From an uncultured Christensenella sp. (GTDB lineage Bacteria > Bacillota > Clostridia > Christensenellales > UBA1242), in the NCBI GenBank assembly GCA_949293925.1, contig CASFFI010000015.1:1-43597 (forward strand): a DNA stretch of 43,597 bases, given 5' to 3'. Below the pieces are notes generated by a model. The model did no database searches, had not been told where the DNA came from, and saw nothing but the letters and a program-made list of their open reading frames with translations. Positions within the stretch are counted from its first letter, which is position 1, and each line of letters opens with the position of its first letter. Made by a program: the position numbers and the translations under genes. This document shows, piece after piece, positions 26,970 to 36,800 of this stretch.

Positions 26970-28439
26970 TTAATTTTTTGCCAATTTTTCAACAATTTCA
27001 GATATTTTAAATAATTTATTCTCTTCAAAATAATTCGCTATAAATTGCATACCAAATGGCATATTGTGTTCACCCTTCATATATGGTACAGAAATTGCTG
27101 GAAGTGAGGTTATATTTGCTGACACTGTAAAAATGTCTTCTCTATAACTATCTATAGGATTAGTTTTTTCTCCCAACTTGTACGCTTCCCCTTTTGTCGT
27201 TGGTAATAAGATAAGGTCAACATTTTTTAAAGCAGATTTGAATTCGTTTTTTAATTCATTTTGTAAACTTTTAGCCTTTTTGTAGTAGGCGTCATAATAA
27301 CCGCTTGATAAAACATAATTCCCCAGCATAATTCTACGCTTTACTTCTTCGCCGAATCCTTCACTTCTAGACTTTAAATAAACTTCTTCTAATGATTTAG
27401 AATCTTTACTTCTATAAGTGTATTTCACACCATCAAATCTTGCCAAATTAGAAGTGGCCTCTGCTGTAGCAATAATATAATAAGTAGGTAAAACAAGTTT
27501 TATATTTGGAAGTGAAACATCTACAATTTCACAATTTAAGTTTTTAAGTTGATTTATTAATGAATAAAAAGCATTTTCACAATTTAAGTTTTTAAGTTGA
27601 TTTATTAATGAATAAAAAGCATTTTCACAAGGCATACCTTTAATCATTTCTTTGATTTCAACTGGTACGCCTATTTTTAAATTCTCAACAACACTATCAA
27701 GAGAATCTTTAACTTCATTTTTACTAGAAGTCATATCGTTTTCTGAATGTCCAGAAATTATATTAAATATAAGTTTTGTATCATCAGTATTTTTAGCAAG
27801 TACGCCGACTTGGTCTAATGAACTTCCGTAAGCGACAATACCATATCTTGAAACTCTACCATAACTAGGTTTAAGCCCAATTATTCCATTAAATGAAGCA
27901 GGTTGTCTTACACTACCACCCGTGTCAGTGCCTAAAGCTACAGGACATAAATTTAAAGCGACAGCGACAGCACTTCCACCTGATGAGCCACCAGGCACCC
28001 TTGACTTATCTAATGCGTTTAAAGTTTTGCCATAAAAGGACGTTTCTGTTGATGAACCCATTGCGAATTCGTCCATATTTGCTCTACCTAAAATTATTGC
28101 TCCCTCTTTTAGCAACTTATCAACAACTGTAGAATTGAATGGAGAAACAAAATTTTCAAGCATTTTAGATGCACAACTAGCCTTATGATTCTCATATAAA
28201 ATATTATCTTTAATTATTATAGGGATTCCTGCGAGTTTACCCTTAAAACCATTGGCAATCTTTTTGTCCATTTCTAAAGCCAAATCTCTAGCGTCATCAA
28301 AAATTTCAATCACTGCATTGTATTCTTTAAACTTATTTATCCTATCAATATAGAAATCTACAAGGTCCACTGATTTTAAACTTCCACTTTGTATAGAACT
28401 CACTAAATTTTCAATGCTTTCGTTTAAAATATCTATCAT
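26970..28439 (-). CDS. gatA: Asp/Glu-tRNA amidotransferase subunit A (carries an internal 16-aa tandem duplication)
   Basis: Amidase signature GGSSGGSAVAVA...GTDTGGSVRQPA. 489 aa. Confidence 0.95.
   Translation of the reverse strand: MIDILNESIENLVSSIQSGSLKSVDLVDFYIDRINKFKEYNAVIEIFDDARDLALEMDKKIANGFKGKLAGIPIIIKDNILYENHKASCASKMLENFVSPFNSTVVDKLLKEGAIILGRANMDEFAMGSSTETSFYGKTLNALDKSRVPGGSSGGSAVAVALNLCPVALGTDTGGSVRQPASFNGIIGLKPSYGRVSRYGIVAYGSSLDQVGVLAKNTDDTKLIFNIISGHSENDMTSSKNEVKDSLDSVVENLKIGVPVEIKEMIKGMPCENAFYSLINQLKNLNCENAFYSLINQLKNLNCEIVDVSLPNIKLVLPTYYIIATAEATSNLARFDGVKYTYRSKDSKSLEEVYLKSRSEGFGEEVKRRIMLGNYVLSSGYYDAYYKKAKSLQNELKNEFKSALKNVDLILLPTTKGEAYKLGEKTNPIDSYREDIFTVSANITSLPAISVPYMKGEHNMPFGMQFIANYFEENKLFKISEIVEKLAKN
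27527..27630. repeat. Perfect 48-bp tandem duplication inside gatA (2 copies plus 8 nt)
   Basis: 27527-27574 is identical to 27575-27622, and the match continues to 27630. It is translated as CENAFYSLINQLKNLN twice. Confidence 0.95.
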
Positions 28440-28441
28440 AA

Positions 28442-28723
28442 CTACTCCATAATTCTAGGTACTACAAAACAACCTTTTCTACTGTCAGGTGCATTTGAAA
28501 GTATTTTTTCTTTAGTCAAATCATTCTCGACCACATCTTCACGCAAATCTTCAACAGTCTTGAAATTTGAAATAATTTCGCAGTCGCCACTATAAGCATT
28601 AATTTCATTAGCAAATTCTATGATTGATTCAAAATCTTTAGACAACTTTTCCAATTCACTGTCTGTAAAATGCAATTTTGATAAGTTTGCAAGATGAATT
28701 AATTCGCTTTTATCTAATTTCAT
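28442..28723 (-). CDS. gatC: Asp/Glu-tRNA amidotransferase subunit C
   Basis: About 94 aa from ATG 28723 (AAAGGAA SD). LANLSKLHFTDSELEKLSKDFESIIEF is typical of GatC, and the gene sits directly upstream of gatA. Confidence 0.85.
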   Translation of the reverse strand: MKLDKSELIHLANLSKLHFTDSELEKLSKDFESIIEFANEINAYSGDCEIISNFKTVEDLREDVVENDLTKEKILSNAPDSRKGCFVVPRIME

Positions 28724-28735
28724 AACATTCCTTTT

Positions 28736-28758
28736 AAAAAAATAGGGCTCGTGCCCTA
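28736..28758 (-). terminator. GC-rich hairpin plus U tract 12 nt upstream of the gatC start (alr terminator or leader attenuator)
   Basis: The minus strand reads TAGGGC-ACGA-GCCCTA TTTTTTT AAAAGGAATGTT ATG. Confidence 0.45.
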
Positions 28759-28877
28759 TAATCAACAACAAAAGACACGCAATTTTATTTGCATATTAAA
28801 AAATTATTGTTGTTATTATTATTCTTAAACATAGTTATATTATTTCATAATAATTAAAACTTGTCAATAAATTTGTA

Positions 28878-29924
28878 TTATTTTTTAGATAATCTATTAC
28901 AATTTAATAAAGTCATTACTTCACAAGCATTTGTATGTAAAAATTCTGCATAATCATCATAAGAAATTTTGATACCTTTGTCTTCGCCTAATATCAAAAC
29001 TTTACTACCAACTCTTGCCTTAGGAATGTTTGTAATATCAATTAAAATTGCGTCCATACAAACATTGGCAACTACTTTTGCAAATTTTCCGCAAACACCA
29101 ACTGAAAATCCTTTTAAATTTCTAATAAAACCATCTGCATATCCTATAGACGCAACCGCTATTTTAGAGTCTTTTTTGGCGATATAATTTGCATCATAAC
29201 CCACACTTTCACCATTTTTTACATTTTGGATTTTTACGATTTTTGCCTTTATAGTTTTTACACATTTCAACCCAAATTGAGAAAAACCACCATATAAACC
29301 AAAACCTATTCTTTGCATATCATATTTTGGACTTATTAAAGCGCTATAACTGTTATCAGCGTGAATAATAATATTTTTACAATTTAAAAGTCGCAAAAAT
29401 TTATTAAATTTTCTGCTTTGATTTGCAATGCTTTTTAAATCTCTAGAAAAATAGTGGGTAAACACACCTTCTAAAACTAGATTTTTATTTTCGTTAATAG
29501 ATTGAACAGCTTTTTTAAATTCTATTAAAGAACTGATGCCATACCGATTCATACCTGTATTAACTTTTAAATGAATGTGTAAATTTATAAGGTCTAATTT
29601 TTGTAATTTTTTGATAATCTCTAAATCATCTATTGAAATTGAAACTCTATTTCTGTCGCACCAAATTATATCTTTTAAATCAGTGTATCCTACTACTAAA
29701 ATTGGTGTAACTAAATCAAATTTTCGTATAATTTTTGCCTCATCAACATAAGCCACACCAAAAAAATCAACTTTGCCTTTTAACATTTTGCACATAGTTT
29801 CTATTCCATGCCCATAAGCATTTCCTTTAACCATAGCACAAATTTTGTTGTCAATTTTTTGTCTATAGACACCTAAATTTTCTAATAAATTTTTTTTTGA
29901 GATTTTCATATTGCATACAGACAT
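28878..29924 (-). CDS. alr: Alanine racemase
   Basis: PLP-lysine motif AMVKGNAYGHG and a C-terminal YGxxxxxM-type region. The start is ambiguous (ATG 29924 or 29909) and no clear SD is present. Confidence 0.85.
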   Translation of the reverse strand: MSVCNMKISKKNLLENLGVYRQKIDNKICAMVKGNAYGHGIETMCKMLKGKVDFFGVAYVDEAKIIRKFDLVTPILVVGYTDLKDIIWCDRNRVSISIDDLEIIKKLQKLDLINLHIHLKVNTGMNRYGISSLIEFKKAVQSINENKNLVLEGVFTHYFSRDLKSIANQSRKFNKFLRLLNCKNIIIHADNSYSALISPKYDMQRIGFGLYGGFSQFGLKCVKTIKAKIVKIQNVKNGESVGYDANYIAKKDSKIAVASIGYADGFIRNLKGFSVGVCGKFAKVVANVCMDAILIDITNIPKARVGSKVLILGEDKGIKISYDDYAEFLHTNACEVMTLLNCNRLSKK

Positions 29925-30035
29925 ATATTCTAATATGATATATGATTAATAAATGACACTAATGAGATTTTATTTAGGAAAATTTTAATAAAAGTAAAAA
30001 TAATTAAAAGTAATTTCAAATCAATACTTTTTAAT

Positions 30036-30620
30036 TTAATTATTAGTTTTAGAAAACTCACAACCGCAATAATTTTGTCTATATAAATTAAACTCTTTTG
30101 AAAATTTAATACTTTTAAGGTATCCATCTTTCTTTTTAAAGTCAGAAAACAAATAATTGATTTTATAATTATCTTGCAATATGCCACCAATTTTATTTAT
30201 CACTTGACTATCTTTATGTGGACTTATTGTGAGGCTAGTTGTTACATAATCAAAATTGTGCAATTTTGCGTATTCGAATGTTTTTTCTAGTCTTAATTTA
30301 AAGCATACAGGGCACCTATTTCCACCCTCTAATTCATTTTCTAATCCTTTTACTTTAGACAAAAATTCATCGTGATTATATTTTTCTATCACGACATTGC
30401 AATCAAATTTTTTAAACTGTTCTGCACGCAAGTTGTATTCATCTAAAATATCAATATTAGGATTATAAAAATAAAGTGTCACATCGAAATATTCTATTAA
30501 TCTTTTTAAACAAGCAGTAGAGCACGGAGCACAACAAACATGTAATAATAGTTTTGGTTTAGTTTTTAATTTAGAAATTATATCTAAAAACTGCAATTCA
30601 TAGTTGATTTTATTTTCCAT
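30036..30620 (-). CDS. queH: Epoxyqueuosine reductase QueH (DUF208)
   Basis: LLHVCCAPCS, RCPVCFKLRLEKT and YCGCEFS motifs. I set the start to ATG 30620 because the ORF-track extension to 30689 runs through the upstream terminator. Confidence 0.85.
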   Translation of the reverse strand: MENKINYELQFLDIISKLKTKPKLLLHVCCAPCSTACLKRLIEYFDVTLYFYNPNIDILDEYNLRAEQFKKFDCNVVIEKYNHDEFLSKVKGLENELEGGNRCPVCFKLRLEKTFEYAKLHNFDYVTTSLTISPHKDSQVINKIGGILQDNYKINYLFSDFKKKDGYLKSIKFSKEFNLYRQNYCGCEFSKTNN

Positions 30621-30627
30621 AACAATT

Positions 30628-30656
30628 ATTATTACACATCTTATTTTATTTGTAAA
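30628..30656 (-). promoter_or_regulatory. Promoter TTTACA-17-(TGt)AATAAT, ending 7 nt before the queH ATG
   Basis: The minus strand reads TTTACA AATAAAATAAGATGTGT AATAAT AATTGTT ATG, with no SD. Confidence 0.4.
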
Positions 30657-30657
30657 T

Positions 30658-30688
30658 ATAAAAAAATCACACAACTTTAAGTTGTGCA
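30658..30688 (-). terminator. Rho-independent terminator of the giant lipoprotein gene
   Basis: CACAACTT/AAGTTGTG palindrome (30670-30686) followed on the minus strand by TGATTTTTTT. Confidence 0.55.
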
Positions 30689-30822
30689 ATTTTTAAATGT
30701 GATTTTTAAATATCTATATCATTTTTGCTTCAATTATTTAATTAGTGTTGTTTTACATAATAAACGAATATTAATTAAAATCATATCTTATTCAAAATAA
30801 TTTAATAATATCACCATAAATA

Positions 30823-33800
30823 TCAAGCGTTGATATCAATTGTTAATCTTGAATTAGAATATCCAACACCCACGCTCCAGACATCAAATTCTCTAATATC
30901 TCTTCCGTCAAGTGCTACAAAATAATAGTTTGATAATGTATCAATAAATTCATCTAAACTATCCATTTCTATTAAAGGTTCTAAATCTAAAGGATTAAAT
31001 GATATTATTGAATTTTGATAACTCGTAGATATATCTGTTGTTTTATTGTTGCAACTAACAACAGCTCCACCATCAACTATTTGAATTGTCAAATAATAAC
31101 TCGACATATTTAAGTCAGTGATACCAGAAATTAATCCAAATACAGAATTATAACTTGTAACTATAACAGTTTGTAAAACACCATCTATAGTAGTTGTGGT
31201 TTCAATATCATTATAGAATAAATTCAAATAATTATTTTGCGCATTGATTACTGATTCATCTATAAAATTATTATAAATGTGTAAATAGTTTTCATTGTCA
31301 ACAATATTATCTAATTCGACTAAAATATTTCTATAATTTATATTGTTTAAGTTAAAAGGATAATTGGCACTAACGCCTGTTGTGGTATTTGAATTTATAA
31401 CATCAGGATTAGAATAATCTGCTCCAGAAATAAATCCAGCATAATTTGCTTTTAAAACCAAATTATCTTCATTCGATAAATTAACAGAATTAAATGCTAT
31501 ACTTCCACCTAAATTTCTACCCGCAATCAATCCAGCTGTTGTATTTGTTCCTGAACTTAAAATGTATAAATCATTTACAGAAGTATTTGAAATTAGTCCA
31601 CCTAAATTAAGTCCAGCAACGCCACCATTTACTCGTGAATAACTATCGAAAATGTCTGTCAATAAATTTCCTTCAACTACAACATTATCAACAATACCCC
31701 TATTTTCAGCAACTACCATTGCACTATAATAAACACCTTTTAATTTTGCATTATTGTTTACATTAATAACAGCATTCGTAATTCTAGAATTTTCACCTAC
31801 AAATCCAGAAATAAATCCTGCATTTTCACCAATCACTGTAGGCTGACCTGAAATTTGTAAATTATTTAAAGTTTTAAAATCAACTATGCTAGAATTTTCA
31901 TCTATTAAATCAGAGCGTCTAATATAACCATCTACAATTCCAGCAATAGAGCCTGCATAAGAAATTTCATAAGCATTATCTGTTAAGAAATTATTATCTT
32001 GCACATATTTTGAATTATACGAATTATATCTGTTAGATGAAATATTTCTGTATTGAGAATTAATTGAAATATTAGAAGAAATTCCATCTATAACAAAATT
32101 CCCTTTTATAATGCCTGCAAGACCACCTACAACATTTCCACCTACAACTGTTAATTCATTATTATCCAAATTTATATTGTAAATTTTTCCGCCGTCAATT
32201 ATTCCTGCCAAAATTCCCACAACTTTAACCTTTGAAGTTGTAAAACTTTCAGGTGATAATGTTAAATTACGAATCATAGTATTTGAACCATTAGATACTA
32301 TTTCTTTAAACAAACCTATACTGTCATAATCTTCTTTTGTGTAAACGCTAAAGTTTGTTATTTTCATGTTATTTCCTTCTAGTCTTCCCGAGAAGGTATA
32401 ACTACATGTAACAGGTTGAATAACTCCTTGTAAATCAATGTCCGCAACAATTCTATAACTTCTGTTAATTACATTTGATGAAGCGGTTTCAGTTAAATAA
32501 TAGTTAAAACTTTCGCTATCGTAAATTATATAAGGATTTTCATTGCTGCCTATTCTTGCCCCACCGTTGCTTTCATCAGCTACATAAGTATAAGTAATAT
32601 TGCCAGAAGTATCCGAAGTTGTAGATAACAATCTCTTTTTTGTTTTAAACACTTCATCTGCACTAATTAATAGCGGACCACAAACCGTAGAAACTGACTG
32701 ACCATTTGAACTTGTTTCAAGCCAAATAGAGTTGTCGCTAGAAATAAAGTTATTAAAGTTGTCTATATTTTTAAATGCGTTTAGACTAAGACCTGTAACA
32801 CCAGCAATAGGTATTGAAGTTATACCAGTGTTTTTAAAGAAATAACAATTTTCAAAGGTTGAACCAGAATAAGTTCGTACAAATTCAATATTGTTAAAAT
32901 TATCTCCAGATGAAGATAATGTAGAAGCAAAACTAATCAAAGCGTAACTATTTTTTATATTTCCTGAATTGTTATTTACAAAACCTATTGAATAGGCAGA
33001 TGACTTTAATTGTCCTTGACAATAAGAATCATAAATTTGTCCTGAATTGTTATCAACAAAACCTACAGCACTTGAAGTCGAGTCAACGATTGAAGCCATA
33101 GCCCCACTATCTCGTCTAAGCCCAGCATAAGAAAGACTTATTTGACCTCTATTTTCTATTGCAAACATAGAAGTTAGCACGATTCCATTATCAGTTTGGA
33201 AATTTGTACCATTTTCAATAGGCACAGTTTTAACTAATGCTTTACCTATAAATTTGCTTGAAGAAATTTTTCCAGTATTACTATAAACAAATCCGCCCAA
33301 ATACGAAAGCGCTTTTATAGATGCCCCTACAGAAGAATTTGTTATAAATCCGTTGTTAGTTGCTACTAAACCTCCAACAAAGAAATTTCTAGGACTAATT
33401 GAAGGTGCAAATAAAGGTATTAAGTCAACTATAGTATCACTTTCAAAATAATTTAATCTTAAATAAACAGAAGATAAACTTTCGCTAGTTGAGTGATTTT
33501 CATAGTACTGAATTAAATTGCTATTTTCAAAATTACTGCTAGTTGATATAAAGTTGCCCACTGAACAATTTGTAATTACTCCATTATTTTCCGCAGTGAT
33601 GCCACCAAAATATATTCTTGAAAATTTGTTTTCAAACTCTATTCCTTCACAAGAATAATCCAAATAATATCCTAATGATTTAACACTATCCGCAGAAATT
33701 GTAGCATTTATATTATATTCTAAAGAAGCGTAATAAACGCTAACATTTTGCACTACCATATTTTCAGGTATTGACCTAAATAGACCTATATTTGCTGTAG

Positions 33801-36800
33801 AATTATTAGAAGTTGCCTGTTCGGTTAAATCTATACTTTTAATAATAATTTTATATCCATTTCCATCAAACGATTTTAAATTCACTTCAATAGGAGAGTA
33901 ATTTTCAAGCACAATATCTTGCATTTGAATATAGTGTTTATTTTCAGTCATATTTATAAAATCGTTAGCATCATATATAGGTTTTGCATTATATTCTAAA
34001 ATAGTATTTGAAATTGAAAGGTCGATATTTAAATTTATATTGTAATGTGAATATTCACTATCATCAAAAGATATTAATTTTGGCCAATCTGTATTTATCA
34101 TTCCAACATTTTGTTCTGTAGAATCATAAGTTATATCAAATGACAAAACTAAACTGCATTCGTTTACAAGACTTGACAATCCTGTAAAATAAATACCTGT
34201 TGATTTTAATTCTAATTTTGCAATGTTTTCATTGCTGTTTGCGTTTTTAAAGACCTTTGTGTTTTCGATAGAATCATCAACATAAATTTCTATGTTTTCA
34301 TTGTCAGAAATTAAAGTTAAATAATCTATACTAAAGTTAATTTCATTTAAGATATTGTTTAAATACATTCTAGCATTTTCATTATTTTCTACCGAGTTAT
34401 TCAAGAATGTAAAATCATACTCTTCATTGAAACCGAATCTTAGTGCTATTTCTTCATTGTAATCAGCAGTGATTAAATCGTTATAATTTTCTATGCTAAT
34501 ACCATGTATTACCATATTTCTAATATCAAATGAAATAATTGTAGTTGTTGATTCATAAACATTATTTAATGTTTTTTCTGCCACAAAACTCACATCTAAC
34601 ACTCCGCTTAAAATTTCATTTAATTCATATTCTGTTAGCACGTTGTCATTGAAAGACAATTTATAAATCTCATCAGAAATTTTATCAAGAGTATAGTATT
34701 TTGCCAGACTATCACTTGAGATAAACGCTGAAACATTATCACAATTTGCACTTGACACATTCAAAACAACATCATCTTTTAGTGCCAAATTAAATGTATT
34801 TTGACTTCCGCTATTGACAGTAAACACTGTGCCTTTAGGGTCTTCATAAGACACTGACACACTAGGCCGCAATATTACTTCTACATTAATTGATGCTTCA
34901 CCATAAATGGCATTACCAGATTCGTCATAAGGCGTTACTTTTATGTTGTGAATATAATTTTCTGCTTGGTCACTTACATATATTTTAACATAATAGTTTG
35001 AAGTGTTGTTTTCCCTTCTTAATATAATGCCTTCATTTACTGCATCTAAAGTTCCATACGGCTCCAAATCAGTTGCAATATTAGTGCCATTTTCTTTCAT
35101 TTTCCATTGTTCAAACCAAATTTTTTCATCATCTAAAGTGGTATCAGTAATTCTTAAATATGCATATTCTGCGTTGTCTGGTGCCAATTCAATTGTGAGT
35201 AAATTTTTAGAATTTGCACTAGGCCTTAACGCCCCAGATTTGACAACTTCATCACTTCCATTTACATTTGTATATTCATAATTAGTGAGTTTTAATCTGG
35301 AAATTGACTGAGGAACAATATAAACATCTATATCAGTTTCATATAGCAATGATTTAAAACTAATCGTTGCTTTAATCTCATCTTTGCCGTTATAAGAAGT
35401 TGCAACATTTAGCGTAACGCTGAACTTTATTTCATCAGTTTTAGAATCAAACAAATTTCTTAAATCTAATGATTCATTATTCAATAAATTTACACTTTCG
35501 CCTTTTATAAGGTCTATATTTTGCCCTTCAATTTTAACATCTAAATAAATTTCGTCTGTATTATTATCATCTTCATACATTATTTGTAAATCATCAATCA
35601 TGGCAGTATCAGTTGACAATTTTATATCAAAATCAACAGTGTCTGATTTTGCCATTTGAACAGCACCGACGTTAGATGAAATATTTGTTACACCCATATA
35701 AGTTTCTATTTCAAAACTTTTTGTTAAATTTTTATAAAATTCATATTTTGATTCAATTGATGCACTGTCTAAATCTTTTATATCAAAAGGCGTTGCATTT
35801 ACTTTAATACTAACTCCTTCAGGCAAAACTCCTACGCAAGAGATAAATATTCTATTTCCTACATCATTTAAGTTTAAATATAAAGAATCATCATTAGTTT
35901 CAACAACAATCAATTCATATTCACCGTTGATTTTATATAAAGCGAGTGTATATTCACCAATTTTTAAAACATCAAATTTACCACTTTCAAAATCAACACC
36001 CAAATCAGAAAAATATTCATCTAAAATTAAATTAATATCCGTTTTGCAATTTAATGCAAAATCGTATTTTACACCCGATAAAATAGGTTCTTGATAATAG
36101 TAAATAGTATTGTTAATTTCTACAACATTTGAAAATGATGTAATTACTTTTTTAGCAAGTTGTTTTGTTAAAATAAATTTTCCGCCGTCCAATTCATAAG
36201 TAGCATCTGTAGAATTTTCACTTTGATAAATATCAAAATCATCTATTGCATTTCTAACATAAATTTTTATTGTCACAAATTTAGAAGCATCTAATACTGA
36301 ATATATAGTAATATCAGATACCCCTTCGCCTTTTAATAAGATACGACCATCACTTAAAACCTGAACTACAGAACTATTGCTAGACATATAATATAATCTT
36401 TGATAACAATCATCAGGTGTGAAATAAATTTTTGGCAAATCATAGGTATTAATAGAATTATAATCTTGTGCAAATTTAGAAGACGATACTTCATTTGTTT
36501 TAATTATATCATAATATTTGTAAACAAGTTCAATATATGATAACTGAACTGAAGAATCCAAAGAAATACTTGTAGGAGCAACTTTCAATAATCTTTTACC
36601 TTCATAAATTAGATAGTAACTAGACAAATCATTTGAATTTGTAAAGCCAAAACGCTCGGTTGAAAAGATGTCAATATTAGGTGTATAAGTACCATTTGCA
36701 AAGTTTACATTTTGAGTCCCGTTTACAAGACTGATATATTGTTTTACATTTAATAAATTTGCATTATTAGAGATATTATCTACAGGATCTCCATTTAAAG

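Noticed and set aside
28724-28877. T-box riboswitch upstream of gatCAB, as described for a clostridial Asn/GatCAB operon
   Set aside because: The leader is only about 150 nt, and I cannot find the conserved T-box sequence (…GGTGGTACCGCG…) or a specifier-loop architecture. It is kept only as a generic hairpin/attenuator observation.
29930-30190. 86-aa minus-strand ORF overlapping the 3' end of queH
   Set aside because: It overlaps queH, which has conserved motifs, in another frame. It is isoleucine/lysine-rich low-complexity sequence with no SD.
30621-30689. N-terminal extension of queH in the ORF track (start at 30689). Similar 5' extensions occur for the coiled-coil gene (16324), the 18976 ORF, the IMPase gene (19832), greA (20430), pfkA (21398), gatC (28771), murB (6356) and the DUF362 gene (TTG 21716)
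   Set aside because: In each case an internal ATG is preceded by a good SD or promoter and matches where homologous proteins begin. The extensions run through terminators, promoters or the preceding gene.
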